Source: an uncultured Gammaproteobacteria bacterium
GTDB lineage: Bacteria > Patescibacteriota > Microgenomatia > CAYQLK01
Direction of reading: 5' to 3'
Assembly: GCA_964404855.1 (NCBI GenBank)
Contig: CAYOLO010000001.1
Location: 443,009-507,008 of the forward strand
Length of the DNA stretch: 64,000 nt
Shown here: positions 30,473 through 42,266 of the stretch, piece by piece
How the letters are laid out: every line of letters starts with the position of its first letter
Numbering within the stretch: position 1 is the first letter of the stretch
Made by a program: the position numbers and the translations under genes
Notes under the pieces: model-generated
The model's input: only the letters and a program-made list of their open reading frames with translations
The model's database searches: none
Told to the model about the DNA's origin: nothing

Positions 30473-30694
30473 TTGTTTATCTTAAGAATCTTTTCAGATG
30501 TCAAAGGTTTTCTGACAAGACTATCCTTAATAAGATTGGTGGTTTTGTTGGGGCTGACTTTTTCAGTCTTTGTGAGCTTAGTGGTTTGGGTCTGGACTCA
30601 AGATCCGACTTGGGCATACGTAACACTGGTACTTTTGGCTTTTGCATGGGCGGCTTTTGGTACCTCTGTTGCGCAGATTTCTCGGACCGATTGA
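30473..30694 (+). CDS. Small two-TM membrane protein
   Basis: TTG start after GGAGG; two hydrophobic helices. Confidence 0.65.
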   Translation: MFILRIFSDVKGFLTRLSLIRLVVLLGLTFSVFVSLVVWVWTQDPTWAYVTLVLLAFAWAAFGTSVAQISRTD

Positions 30695-30817
30695 GTCCTT
30701 TAATTGTTTCTCGCCGGTTTTTCAATCCTTACTCATTAGTACCTAATGAATTGGGGTTTGGACAACCGGCTTTTTCTTAAAAATGATACGTCGCACAATA
30801 TGTGATAGAGTGGTTAT

Positions 30818-31792
30818 ATGGACACTGTTCAAAAACCATTGAAGGAAAAATCTGATAAGTTTGGAAAAGAGATTAAGGAATTTTTGGAGTATTTGGAAGT
30901 TGAGCGTAATGTCTCTCCCCTCACCCTACGAGATTATAAACATTATTTGGAAGTTTTTGCTAATTGGGCAAATGAAAATAATATTAGTGAGATTGAGAGT
31001 GTTGATATTAAGCAGATAAGGTCTTTTCGCTTGTTTTTGTCGAGAAAGTTGACACAGGATGGTGAGCCAATCAAAAAAATAACCCAGAATTACTACGTAA
31101 TCGCGCTGCGAGCCATGCTTAGGTTCTTGATTAAGAATGATAGGCAGGTTATTTCGCCCGATAAGATTGAGCTTGGTAAACAAGAAGGTAGGCAAGTTAA
31201 GTTCTTGACTCAAGATCACTTAAATCGATTACTGAACAGTCCGAATGTGAACGACTTAAGTGGGCTACGTGATAAAGCTATTTTGGAAATGCTATTTTCG
31301 ACAGGTTTACGAGTTTCGGAGATGGTTAGCTTGGATCGTGATTCGATTGATCTTAACTCTGGAGAATTTGGTGTTATGGGTAAAGGAAGAAGAGTTCGGG
31401 TGGTGTTTTTGTCGCCCGATTCAGCTACTTGGGTGGCAAGGTATCTTAATGCTCGTGATGATCATTATGAGCCGTTATTTGTAAGATATAAAGGTAAAAA
31501 ATCTATTGTGGATGACGATGAAAGTCATAGATTAACTTCAAGAAGTATTCAGAGAATTGTTGAGGGTTATGTAAAAAAAGCACAATTGCCAATTAAAGCT
31601 ACGCCACACACCTTAAGACATTCATTTGCAACTGATTTACTTAATAATGGGGCTGATATCAGAAGTGTTCAGGAGATGTTGGGACACAAAAATATTGCCA
31701 CAACTCAGATCTATACTCATGTGACGAATAGACAACTAAGAGAGGTTCATCAGGCTTTTCATGGTCGTAAAAAGGATAAATTAGATGAGTAA
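30818..31792 (+). CDS. xerC: XerC/XerD-family tyrosine recombinase
   Basis: TGLRVSE, GKG, HTLRHSFAT, LGH, TTQIYTHV. Confidence 0.92.
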   Translation: MDTVQKPLKEKSDKFGKEIKEFLEYLEVERNVSPLTLRDYKHYLEVFANWANENNISEIESVDIKQIRSFRLFLSRKLTQDGEPIKKITQNYYVIALRAMLRFLIKNDRQVISPDKIELGKQEGRQVKFLTQDHLNRLLNSPNVNDLSGLRDKAILEMLFSTGLRVSEMVSLDRDSIDLNSGEFGVMGKGRRVRVVFLSPDSATWVARYLNARDDHYEPLFVRYKGKKSIVDDDESHRLTSRSIQRIVEGYVKKAQLPIKATPHTLRHSFATDLLNNGADIRSVQEMLGHKNIATTQIYTHVTNRQLREVHQAFHGRKKDKLDE

Positions 31793-31803
31793 CTTAAGAA
31801 GGA

Positions 31804-31827
31804 GCCCGCAATAATTAAATTGCGGGC
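31804..31827. terminator. Hairpin between convergent xer and islet gene
   Basis: GCCCGCAAT/ATTGCGGGC inverted repeat. Confidence 0.6.
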
Positions 31828-31842
31828 AGGTGATGAAAACGT

Positions 31843-32256
31843 TCACAGGAGCTTGATTTGGCAGGTGATTAGCAGCGGTAAAAAGAGTAAATCTTCCTGC
31901 TGCCAAATTAGATGCCGATATCTTAGACTCCTGGTTGCCTCTTGCAAAAGAGGAATTGCAATTTCTGGCTGACTTGAGATGTCTTTACCATAATCGACTT
32001 CGATTGCCCGAGGGGTTGTGAGGTCGTAACTTAGCTCGGCGATCCAGAAGCTGGGCTTGTTGGGGTTAGTGGCAACTGGTCTACCGTCTGAGTGAAGTAG
32101 TCTAGGTCTGTTGCGAATTAGGACTGTGCTTGTGCCGCGTCGGTTATTGGTGTTGGTAAAAAAAGCCAACCTTTTTGCCGCAGGATTGGCGCTAAGGAGG
32201 ATTTGAGCGAGATTTTCGAGCTCGCTACTTTTTGCAGCGGGTTTGGAAAATACCAC
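31843..32256 (-). CDS. Hypothetical protein (GC-richer islet gene)
   Basis: ORF; start reassigned to GTG 32256 downstream of AGGAG. Confidence 0.6.
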   Translation of the reverse strand: MVFSKPAAKSSELENLAQILLSANPAAKRLAFFTNTNNRRGTSTVLIRNRPRLLHSDGRPVATNPNKPSFWIAELSYDLTTPRAIEVDYGKDISSQPEIAIPLLQEATRSLRYRHLIWQQEDLLFLPLLITCQIKLL

Positions 32257-32339
32257 TTTATATTTTCTCCTCACAAGAGAACAAGGGTTTTACTACCGGT
32301 TAAGGTGCAGAGTTATATTAACAAAAAAATGAGAAAAAA

Positions 32340-33107
32340 TTACAAGGTTTTGTAGGTAAGCGTGACTGAGAGTTTGATTTCTCCGCTTCCAGGATTAATG
32401 TCTGTTTGAGCTACCGCTGGTTCACTTCCGCCAATTCCAGATTTGAGCGAGTTGGCATCGTAGGAGTGAAGGTAGGAGTCGGAACCTTGTTCATATTCAC
32501 TGTAATAAATTATCTTGCCTAAAGAAATTCCTGCAGTTTTTGAAGTGATTTCGGCTTGTCTTTTGGCATTTTCAACCGCTAGTTCGCGTGCTTGATCGAG
32601 CGCTTTTTGGCGGTCCTTGAGACTAAACTGTAGATTATTTATGGTATTGAGTCCTCCTGCAGTTCCCGCATCAATTACTTCGCCGACTTTGTTAAGTTCT
32701 GTGACTTTGATATTGAGGGTGATATTGACGGTATAGTCTTTGATTGCCCTATTTGTAGATGTGTAATCGTAGTTGGGGTTAATGTTGTAGCTTACGGTTT
32801 TGATGTCTTCGTTTTTAATACCAAGACTTTTGAGGGAAGCTTTAACGGTCTCAATTTGGGTGTTGGCTTTGGTTTGGGCTGATTTGACACTGGTGTCATT
32901 AATAATAATACCGAGTGAAATTTCGGCTTGGTCTGGAGCAACTGCGACAATTCCTTCGCCTGTTACGGAAAAATCAGTAGAGATTGATTGGGTGGTGTGA
33001 AGAACTGGGGCGAGTTTGGTTTGAAATACCCCAACAATTAAAAGGACAGTAAAAGTAATTATAAATATAGGTCGTGAGCTATTTATTAGAAACTGTTTGA
33101 TATTCAT
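32340..33107 (-). CDS. SIMPL/DUF541 domain protein
   Basis: VTGEGIVAVAPDQA, ARELAVENAK, INPGS; N-terminal TM helix. Confidence 0.9.
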   Translation of the reverse strand: MNIKQFLINSSRPIFIITFTVLLIVGVFQTKLAPVLHTTQSISTDFSVTGEGIVAVAPDQAEISLGIIINDTSVKSAQTKANTQIETVKASLKSLGIKNEDIKTVSYNINPNYDYTSTNRAIKDYTVNITLNIKVTELNKVGEVIDAGTAGGLNTINNLQFSLKDRQKALDQARELAVENAKRQAEITSKTAGISLGKIIYYSEYEQGSDSYLHSYDANSLKSGIGGSEPAVAQTDINPGSGEIKLSVTLTYKTL

Positions 33108-33131
33108 AAGGTAATTGTAGCAAATTGAGGT

Positions 33132-33168
33132 AAAAAAAAGCCTCCGCTGCGGTTAAGCAACGAAGGCT
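33132..33168 (-). terminator. Intrinsic terminator of candidate RNA 1
   Basis: AGCCUUCGUUGC-UUAACC-GCAGCGGAGGCU then U tract; 12-bp stem with two G-U pairs. Confidence 0.85.
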
Positions 33169-33923
33169 GTAATTGGTTGGCAGGGCCGCAATCACGTGTA
33201 GTGACAACGGCCCAAGTGGCGGGGTAGTATTTTCCGATTGACCGGCGGTGCTCGCAATTGAGCCGTGCCCATCAAACGGGGTTCACACTCCCCTAGGTTT
33301 TGCCTCCATAGCTTGGAGGTGGCTGCCCTACTTTTACGTCGGGGCGGACGGGCGGCCTAAAATGCGGCGGCCGATTGTCGTGACGAGACTGTGGCCTCGG
33401 CACGGGCCAGCCTAATTCGCGGGTGGCCTTCACTAGTGCCAGTTCGGCACAGCAAAACTTCGGGGAGCGCGAGCTGGTTGCCCGCGCTCCTTGCGGTCTC
33501 GGAAAACCCCCGAGACAAGGCAAAAAAAAGGACAGGCATGGCTAAGCTTGGGGTTTGATTTACAATGTGGGTACCGGATTCTCATGCGCTGAGATTCAGG
33601 CCTGAACACAGTGCTCGTCTTACCTTTTAGCAGGAAGAGGCCTCATTTCTCGTTAGTTCCCCCAGAGGGCAGAGGGGTCGCTGCAGAGTTAATAAGGTCG
33701 GCAACTTGCTTTTTCTCCCTTGTCGTGACCATGGCGCATCCTGCCCCGTTCCCCTTTTCCCCATTATGGGTAGGTGGTTCTTAGGCACGAAAGCCTTCGA
33801 ACTCCAGAGGGAGACGCTTCGAAGCGTTTAAGCTAAAACGCTACCAAGTGTTTCCCTCTAGATTGGGACAAAATGTCACTGTCGTAATATTTTTTATATG
33901 TGCGCAGTTAGTAAATAACTGTG
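33132..33923 (-). ncRNA. Candidate large structured non-coding RNA 1 (~790 nt)
   Basis: Consensus promoter upstream, intrinsic terminator, many GC-rich hairpins with G-U pairs only on the minus strand, no SD-led ORF. Confidence 0.6.
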
Positions 33924-33929
33924 GAGAAC

Positions 33930-33958
33930 ATTATACACATTATTGGTCAATATGTCAA
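33930..33958 (-). promoter_or_regulatory. Perfect sigma70 promoter TTGACA-N17-TATAAT
   Basis: Exact consensus hexamers and spacing. Confidence 0.85.
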
Positions 33959-33962
33959 GTAC

Positions 33963-34125
33963 TATAGGTTCTCGCTTTAGTTATTCGAAAAAGGCTTGGG
34001 TCCCCCACTTTTTCTCTAACTAAAAGCTACAAGCCTGCGTTTTGGGAAACCCAAAACTAGAGACAGTTTGCGCTACGTCCTGCGCAGAGAATTAATTAAA
34101 TAAGTTAATTCTCTCGTTGAGACAG
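33963..34125. repeat. Diverged copy plus partial copy of the structured element found after rarA
   Basis: CTCGCT...AGCTAC..CCTGCGTTTTGGG-AAA-CCCAAAACTAG; second GCTACGTCCTGCG at 34072 followed by a different hairpin. Confidence 0.65.
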
Positions 34126-34177
34126 GAGGCCTGATGCTAGGGGCTAATTATTTTGGTCATCAAGGAATATTTAACGG

Positions 34178-36799
34178 CTACCCTCGAGGTTTGAGTTTAG
34201 GAGTTTCGTCAGTTTTTTCTTTCGACTCCCCTGCCTTTCTTGGTTGTTTTGGTTTTGTGCTGTTTGATTTGGTGGAAAGTTTGCCTGAGGAGACTGTTTT
34301 ACCTTTTTTGTTGGTACTTGGGTTGTCACCTTCTTCTTCTTTGGCAATAGTAGTTGCGGCCGAAACAGTATCGCCACTCTTACTAAATCTCATCAAAGTT
34401 ACGCCTTGTGTGTCTCGGCCGAGTTTTGGGATGTTTTTGAGAGGAAGTCTAATAATTTGACCTTTTTTGGAGGTCAGTACCAGTGATTCGTCTTGAGCGT
34501 TAATTAGTTCAGCTGAAACGATTTTGCCTGTTTTGGCAGTAATATTTGCAGCTTTTACTCCTTTGCCTCCCCTACCCTGCATTGTCCATGCTGTGGCAAG
34601 TGATTTTTTACCAAAACCGTTTTCGGTGACAATTAGAAGTTCGTCTTTGTCGTTGTCGACGTGTCCAACGGTCAGTCCAATGACTGATCCTCCGACTTTG
34701 AGGTTAATACCGCGGACACCACGTGTGTCGCGAGCTGTGGAGCGGATGTTTTTCTCGTTAAATTTAATGGATTGGCCATTATCAGAGACAATTAGGATGT
34801 AGTCGGACCCACTGGTCAGTTTGGCCCAGCGTAGTTCATCACCATTGTCGAGGTTAATAGCAATAATGCCTGTTTTTCTGATGTTGCTGAATTTTTCAAT
34901 TGCGGTTTTTTTGACCACACCTTTTTTGGTTACTAGCAAAATATTGGCATCTAGGGGTGTTGTTTTGGCAATTGGAAGGATTGAGAGGATTTCTTCTCTT
35001 TGCTCAATATCGATAAGGTTAATGATGGCTTGGCCTTTGGCGACTCTAGAGCTTTCTGGAACCTCGTATGTTTTGAGTTGGAAAACTCGACCCCTGTTAG
35101 TAAAGAACATTAGCGAATCGTGAGTTTGACAGCGAATCAGATGTGAAACCACATCTTCTTCTTTGGTGGTGATACCGCTAACACCCTTACCGCCACGGCG
35201 CTGGGTTTTGAAGGTGCTTGGAAGCTGGCGTTTGATGTAACCAGTTTGAGTGATTGTGACAATGGTTGGTTCGTTGGCAACTAAGTCCTCTTCAGAAAAT
35301 TCACCAATTTTGTTTTTAACAATCTTTGTGCGCCTAGCGTCACCGTATTTTTCTTTGATTTCTAGTAGTTCATTCTTAGCAACAAGAAGGATTTTTTCTG
35401 GATGAGCAAGTAAATCTTCTAGATAAGCGATTATTTCGCGAACCTGTTTGAGCTCCTCTTCGATTTTGAGTCTTTCTAGAGCTGCAAGTCTTCTGAGCTG
35501 CATGTCTAAGATTGCTATAGCTTGAAGTTCGGATAGTTTGAACTTGGTCATTAATTGACCTTTGGCCGTATCGGCGTCGGGGGCGGCGCGAATTATGCGA
35601 ATGACTTCATCAATGTTATCAACCGCGATTTTGAGTCCTTCGAGAATGTGTTCGCGGGCCTTTGCGGCTTTGAGGTCAAATTCGCTACGCTTGGTAATGA
35701 TGTTTTGGCGGTGTTTGATAAACTCTGACAGCATAATATTAAGCGTCATTGTTTGAGGCACACCATCAATAAGACCAACAGCGTTAACAGAGAAGTTTTG
35801 CTGCATAGCAGTTAGTTTGAATAGGTTGTTGAGTGTTGATTGGGGTTTGGCATCGCGCCTTAGTTCGATGGTAATACGCATGCCTTTGCGGTCTGAGTCG
35901 TCGCGAAGATCAGCAATACCTTGAATCTTTTTGTTGCGAACAAGATCAGCCATTCTTTGGATTAAAACAGACTTGTTAACTTGATAAGGGAGTTCGGTGA
36001 TAATGATTTGGAATTTGCCATTTTTGCGTTCTTCAATATCGGCTTTGGCTCTAGTAATGATTCTGCCGCGACCTGTCGCGTAAGCGGCTGTAATTTCTGC
36101 TTGGTCGTAAATAATTCCGCCGGTTGGGAAGTCTGGACCTTTGATAAATCGAAGTAAGTCTTCAACTGAAGCTTCGGGATTGTCGATTAGGTGTACAGTT
36201 GCGTCAATCACTTCCGACAAGTTGTGTGGCGGAATTGAAGTCGCCATACCGACGGCAATACCGTTGACACCGTTAAGTAAAAGATTAGGAATAACAGAAG
36301 GTAAAAGATTAGGCTCTTTGAGTGTACCGTCGAAATTGTCGCCCCAGGTGACTGTGTCTTTGTCCATATCGCGAAGTAGTTCGCTAGCGATTGCCGACAT
36401 ACGACATTCTGTGTACCTCATAGCGGCCGCTCTATCTCCGTCGACAGAACCGAAGTTACCCTGACCGTCAATTAGCGGGTAACGCAAGGAGAAATCCTGA
36501 GCCATTCTGACTAGAGCTTCATAAACAGGACTATCTCCGTGTGGGTGGTATTTACCAAGCACTTCTCCGACAACCTTGGCACATTTTGAGTAGTGTGCAG
36601 TATGACTTAGGCCGACTTTGTACATGGCATAAATAATGCGTCTCTGAACTGGCTTAAGCCCATCTCTAACATCAGGTAAAGCGCGAGCGACAATAACACT
36701 CATTGCATAGTCGAGGTATGAGCGCTTCATTTCAGCGACAATGCCACTTTGAATGACTTGTCCAATGTAGTTAATATCAGTAACGACGTTTTCTGCCAT
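34178..36799 (-). CDS. gyrA: DNA gyrase subunit A
   Basis: [25 protein letters not shown], GyrA-box QRRGGKG. Confidence 0.98.
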   Translation of the reverse strand: MAENVVTDINYIGQVIQSGIVAEMKRSYLDYAMSVIVARALPDVRDGLKPVQRRIIYAMYKVGLSHTAHYSKCAKVVGEVLGKYHPHGDSPVYEALVRMAQDFSLRYPLIDGQGNFGSVDGDRAAAMRYTECRMSAIASELLRDMDKDTVTWGDNFDGTLKEPNLLPSVIPNLLLNGVNGIAVGMATSIPPHNLSEVIDATVHLIDNPEASVEDLLRFIKGPDFPTGGIIYDQAEITAAYATGRGRIITRAKADIEERKNGKFQIIITELPYQVNKSVLIQRMADLVRNKKIQGIADLRDDSDRKGMRITIELRRDAKPQSTLNNLFKLTAMQQNFSVNAVGLIDGVPQTMTLNIMLSEFIKHRQNIITKRSEFDLKAAKAREHILEGLKIAVDNIDEVIRIIRAAPDADTAKGQLMTKFKLSELQAIAILDMQLRRLAALERLKIEEELKQVREIIAYLEDLLAHPEKILLVAKNELLEIKEKYGDARRTKIVKNKIGEFSEEDLVANEPTIVTITQTGYIKRQLPSTFKTQRRGGKGVSGITTKEEDVVSHLIRCQTHDSLMFFTNRGRVFQLKTYEVPESSRVAKGQAIINLIDIEQREEILSILPIAKTTPLDANILLVTKKGVVKKTAIEKFSNIRKTGIIAINLDNGDELRWAKLTSGSDYILIVSDNGQSIKFNEKNIRSTARDTRGVRGINLKVGGSVIGLTVGHVDNDKDELLIVTENGFGKKSLATAWTMQGRGGKGVKAANITAKTGKIVSAELINAQDESLVLTSKKGQIIRLPLKNIPKLGRDTQGVTLMRFSKSGDTVSAATTIAKEEEGDNPSTNKKGKTVSSGKLSTKSNSTKPKQPRKAGESKEKTDETPKLKPRG

Positions 36800-36814
36800 A
36801 TTTGTTAGTTATTA

Positions 36815-36853
36815 TTAAATATCAGGGGTTGCCATCTTCGCGTGGCTTTGAAG
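36815..36853 (-). repeat. Duplicated 3' end of gyrB inside a 37-aa mini-ORF (36815-36928)
   Basis: [12 protein letters not shown] versus the GyrB C-terminus [12 protein letters not shown]. Confidence 0.85.
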
Positions 36854-36935
36854 ATCAGCCAAACATTTTGCTTTCGCAAAAGTTCCCTGATATTCAATTC
36901 TATAAATATTTTTTTCTTTTTTTCTCATTTGTTGT

Positions 36936-38936
<2,001 letters not shown>

Positions 38937-38972
38937 CTAGCATAGGCCTTAGCTTTAAGGCAAATTGACAAT

Positions 38973-39007
38973 AAAAAAGACCCGAATTCGATTAAGAATG
39001 CGGGTCT
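38973..39007 (-). terminator. Intrinsic terminator of the NUDIX-like islet gene
   Basis: AGACCCG/CGGGTCT stem plus U tract on the minus strand. Confidence 0.7.
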
Positions 39008-39022
39008 GAGTGGCGGGCGACT

Positions 39023-39544
39023 TTAGTGGATTTGGCGTCTCCACGGTTTGTTCCGAACGGCTTCGTGAATGAACTGGGCTTGTTCGGGAATCATGTCGTT
39101 TGGCAGGTGGCTAACACCGAAGAACTGTCCGACGGATGGGGTTCCACTAGTCAGCGCGATGTGGATTAGTGACAGCCCGACTCCGCGGGCGACCCTGTGG
39201 AAATGGTAGCCGGTAAAGGTCAGATGTGTGATCTCTAGCCACTGAAGTTCGTCGTCGAGTAGTCTTTTGATGGCTACACCGAGATCGTTACCACGGAATG
39301 TGACATCGCTTGCGCGTAGCATGGTGCCGGGGATGTGCCACAGGTTGGGAAAGTAAGGATCATCCACTTCCCTTTTCGACATCAAGACTTGGTCTTCGTG
39401 GCGTGCGTTTGCGTTGAAAATTACAAGCTCGACGTACGGTAGTGCCATGGTTTCGGCGATGGCATTGAAGACTGGAATTGGCAGAAGTTTTCCTTCGAAG
39501 CTTTTGAGGTACTCTGCAACCTCGGTTGGGTTTTGGACACTCAA
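39023..39544 (-). CDS. NUDIX-fold-like protein (degenerate NUDIX box)
   Basis: VELVIF...LMSKR...WHIPGTML...AIKRLLDDEL; TTG start with GAGGT SD; promoter TTGAAT-N17-TAGAAT. Confidence 0.65.
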   Translation of the reverse strand: MSVQNPTEVAEYLKSFEGKLLPIPVFNAIAETMALPYVELVIFNANARHEDQVLMSKREVDDPYFPNLWHIPGTMLRASDVTFRGNDLGVAIKRLLDDELQWLEITHLTFTGYHFHRVARGVGLSLIHIALTSGTPSVGQFFGVSHLPNDMIPEQAQFIHEAVRNKPWRRQIH

Positions 39545-39607
39545 AATCTACCTCACTTGAATTCTTAATGTACTGAAGGTGGATTCTACCATACTATGGG
39601 ATATAAT

Positions 39608-40297
39608 TCAATCAGTTTTGGTGGACTTTACCACTTGATCAAGGGCAATAATAATATTGTCGAGAATTAGTCGGCTTTTTACATTAATCTTAATAAGGCT
39701 ATTAATATCTAAAAGTGATTTGGCTAGAAAAAGTTCGCTTTTATTAAGGTAGGGTTTACTTAGTGTGATCTGTAGATCTTTTATTAAGACTTTAAGCTCG
39801 GGTTCTTTAGCTTTGTCGAGTTGCATCAGTTTTTGACCTAGGCTTAGTTCAGTTGAAGATATTTGGCTGATAAAGGCATCTATAGATATTGCATCAGTTT
39901 TTGATGTGGGTTTAGTATGAAAATTAATTGTAATGACGCGAGAAAGAATAGTTGGAAGAATGTTGTTTTTTGTTTCTGAAAGGAGAATTATTAGTGTCGA
40001 AAGCGGAGGCTCTTCTAAAATTTTCAGCAAACTATTTTGAGCTTCTGTGGAAGCATTTGTGAAGTTCTCGATTAGTATTACTTTGTTTTTTGAAAATAAT
40101 GGACTGAGTGAGGATTTTTTGATTATTAATCTTGAATCTTCGATGGAAAATTCCTTAACCGGTGTAATTCGGATAAAGTCTTGGCTTTTTAGGTCGAGGT
40201 TGATACCAAGGTCTGAAAGGATTTGTTGGAGTTGACTGTCCTCTTTTTGTCCGATTAATAGATAAGGTTGATAGTGAGTGTGTTTTTGTTTTTCCAT
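39608..40297 (-). CDS. holB: DNA polymerase III delta'-like subunit
   Basis: EAQNSLLKILEEPP, ILPTILSR. Confidence 0.8.
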   Translation of the reverse strand: MEKQKHTHYQPYLLIGQKEDSQLQQILSDLGINLDLKSQDFIRITPVKEFSIEDSRLIIKKSSLSPLFSKNKVILIENFTNASTEAQNSLLKILEEPPLSTLIILLSETKNNILPTILSRVITINFHTKPTSKTDAISIDAFISQISSTELSLGQKLMQLDKAKEPELKVLIKDLQITLSKPYLNKSELFLAKSLLDINSLIKINVKSRLILDNIIIALDQVVKSTKTD

Positions 40298-40462
40298 TAA
40301 TAAATATTTTTTATAGCCTTTACAGGCTAGTTGGTGTTGACACGCAAGTCAGCTATGAAGGATATTATATGTTAAGAGGTTAAAGGTTTACTTAGAAGTT
40401 GCCAAAATAAGGCCAATATAAAAGTAGCTTCGAAATAAGGGTAAAACTAACCAACAAAACAT

Positions 40463-42220
40463 ATGCCTGCACCTGCCCCAAATGTAGTTGGAGTGACGCA
40501 ATCAGCTCCAGCTAAGACGCTTACGACAATCGAAGACGTTCTGTTAGATCAGAATGTTTTGAAGAAGAAAGATTATGATCAAGTTAAGCTTGAAGTAGTA
40601 TCCACCGGTAAAAAAGTTGAGGATTTATTAATTGAAAAGAATTTAGTTACTGATCAGCAGATAGCCGAAGCTAAATCGATTCTTTTTGGTGTGCCATATG
40701 TGCAGATTGCTGGGAAAACTATATCCCCTGATGTTTTAACACTTATTCCCGAACAAGTTGCCAAACAGTACGGCATTATTCCATTTGAAAGACACTTAAA
40801 TGACTTATGGGTGGCTCTTGATGACCCACTAAATCTCCAGGTCGTGAAGTTTTTGGAACAGAAGACCAATATGGGAATCAAAGTCTTTTTGTCAGGACAT
40901 AATGAAATAAAGGACGCAATTGAACTGACTTATTCTCAAAGTTTGACTGGTGATATTGGTGAAGTCTTAAAAGAAGCAAACACTAGCGTACTAGCTAGTG
41001 AATCAGGAGTAACTAAGGTCAAAGCCGAAACTCTCTATAACGCACCAATAGCAAAAGTTGTTTCGCAACTACTTGAATATGGAATAAAAATCAAAGCCTC
41101 TGATGTTCACATTGAGCCAATGGAGGACAAGGTTAGGATTAGGTATAGAATCGATGGAATTTTGCATGAAAAGCTGATTTTGCCAAAAAAAGTTCACGAG
41201 GCAATTGTCGCGCGTATTAAGATTTTGGCTAAACTTAAAATTGACGAAAAACGTCTTCCTCAGGACGGAAGATTTGATTTTGAAAGCGGACAGGAAGCGG
41301 TTGATTTGCGTGTATCTAGTTTGCCGACGACTTGGGGAGAAAAGGTAGTAATGAGGTTACTTAAAAAATCCGGTGGCATCCCTACTCTTTCGGAGTTGGG
41401 ATTACGAGGAACGGCGTTAAAAAATGTTGAAATGCAGCTTACTAGACCACATGGGGTTATGTTAATTACTGGTCCAACTGGTTCAGGTAAAACGACGACA
41501 CTATATTCAGCCTTGGCTAGGCTAAATACTGCGAAGGTAAATATTTTGACGCTTGAAGATCCTGTTGAGTATCAAATTGCGGGCGTAAATCAGGTTCAGA
41601 TTAATACGCTTGCAGGGTTAACTTTTGCTTCGGGATTAAGATCTTTTTTGAGACAAGACCCAAATATCATTATGGTTGGAGAAATTCGTGATGAAGAAAC
41701 GGCTGATTTGGCTGTACAGGCGGCATTAACTGGGCATATGGTTTTTTCAACGGTTCACACAAATAACGCTTCTGGTGCTTTGCCGAGACTGCTTGATATG
41801 AAGATTGAGCCTTATTTGATTGCTAGCTCGATTACGGCCGTAATTGGACAAAGAGTTGTAAGGAAGATTTGTGTGACCTGCAGAGAAAAATATGTCCCAG
41901 TGCCAGAAATCGTTACTGATATTAAAGGTGTTCTGGGAAGATTACTTGACACACAAATAGCACAAGGACAGATGTCTCTTTATCGAGGTAAGGGTTGTGA
42001 GGAGTGTAATGGAACCGGTTATCTCGGAAGGATTGGAATTTATGAAGTTTTGATTTTAAATGAAAAGATAGGAAGATTAATTTTGGAACGCGAAACAAGT
42101 GAAGCTTTGGAAAGACAGGCAATCGAAGACGGTATGATAACAATGAAACAAGATGGGTATTTAAAAGTGGTTGAGGGCATAACCACGATAGAAGAAGTTT
42201 TGAGGGTGGCTCAGGAATAA
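40463..42220 (+). CDS. pilB: Type IV pilus assembly ATPase PilB/GspE
   Basis: ASDVHIEP, PQDGR, GPTGSGKTT, LRQDP, CxxC zinc motifs. Confidence 0.95.
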   Translation: MPAPAPNVVGVTQSAPAKTLTTIEDVLLDQNVLKKKDYDQVKLEVVSTGKKVEDLLIEKNLVTDQQIAEAKSILFGVPYVQIAGKTISPDVLTLIPEQVAKQYGIIPFERHLNDLWVALDDPLNLQVVKFLEQKTNMGIKVFLSGHNEIKDAIELTYSQSLTGDIGEVLKEANTSVLASESGVTKVKAETLYNAPIAKVVSQLLEYGIKIKASDVHIEPMEDKVRIRYRIDGILHEKLILPKKVHEAIVARIKILAKLKIDEKRLPQDGRFDFESGQEAVDLRVSSLPTTWGEKVVMRLLKKSGGIPTLSELGLRGTALKNVEMQLTRPHGVMLITGPTGSGKTTTLYSALARLNTAKVNILTLEDPVEYQIAGVNQVQINTLAGLTFASGLRSFLRQDPNIIMVGEIRDEETADLAVQAALTGHMVFSTVHTNNASGALPRLLDMKIEPYLIASSITAVIGQRVVRKICVTCREKYVPVPEIVTDIKGVLGRLLDTQIAQGQMSLYRGKGCEECNGTGYLGRIGIYEVLILNEKIGRLILERETSEALERQAIEDGMITMKQDGYLKVVEGITTIEEVLRVAQE

Positions 42221-42266
42221 TATGTTAAAACGAATTAAAAGTTTAATTAAAGAAAGGAAAAATTAG

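Noticed and set aside
30818-31792. Integron integrase or prophage integrase
   Set aside because: No IntI-specific insertion, attC array or phage genes seen; looks like a housekeeping Xer
33293-33539. ORFs 33293-33523 and 33357-33539
   Set aside because: No SD, overlapping frames, expected by chance in GC-rich structured sequence
33132-33923. tmRNA, SRP RNA, T-box or group II intron
   Set aside because: No tRNA-like ends, SRP core, T-box consensus or domain V recognised by eye; needs cmscan to exclude formally
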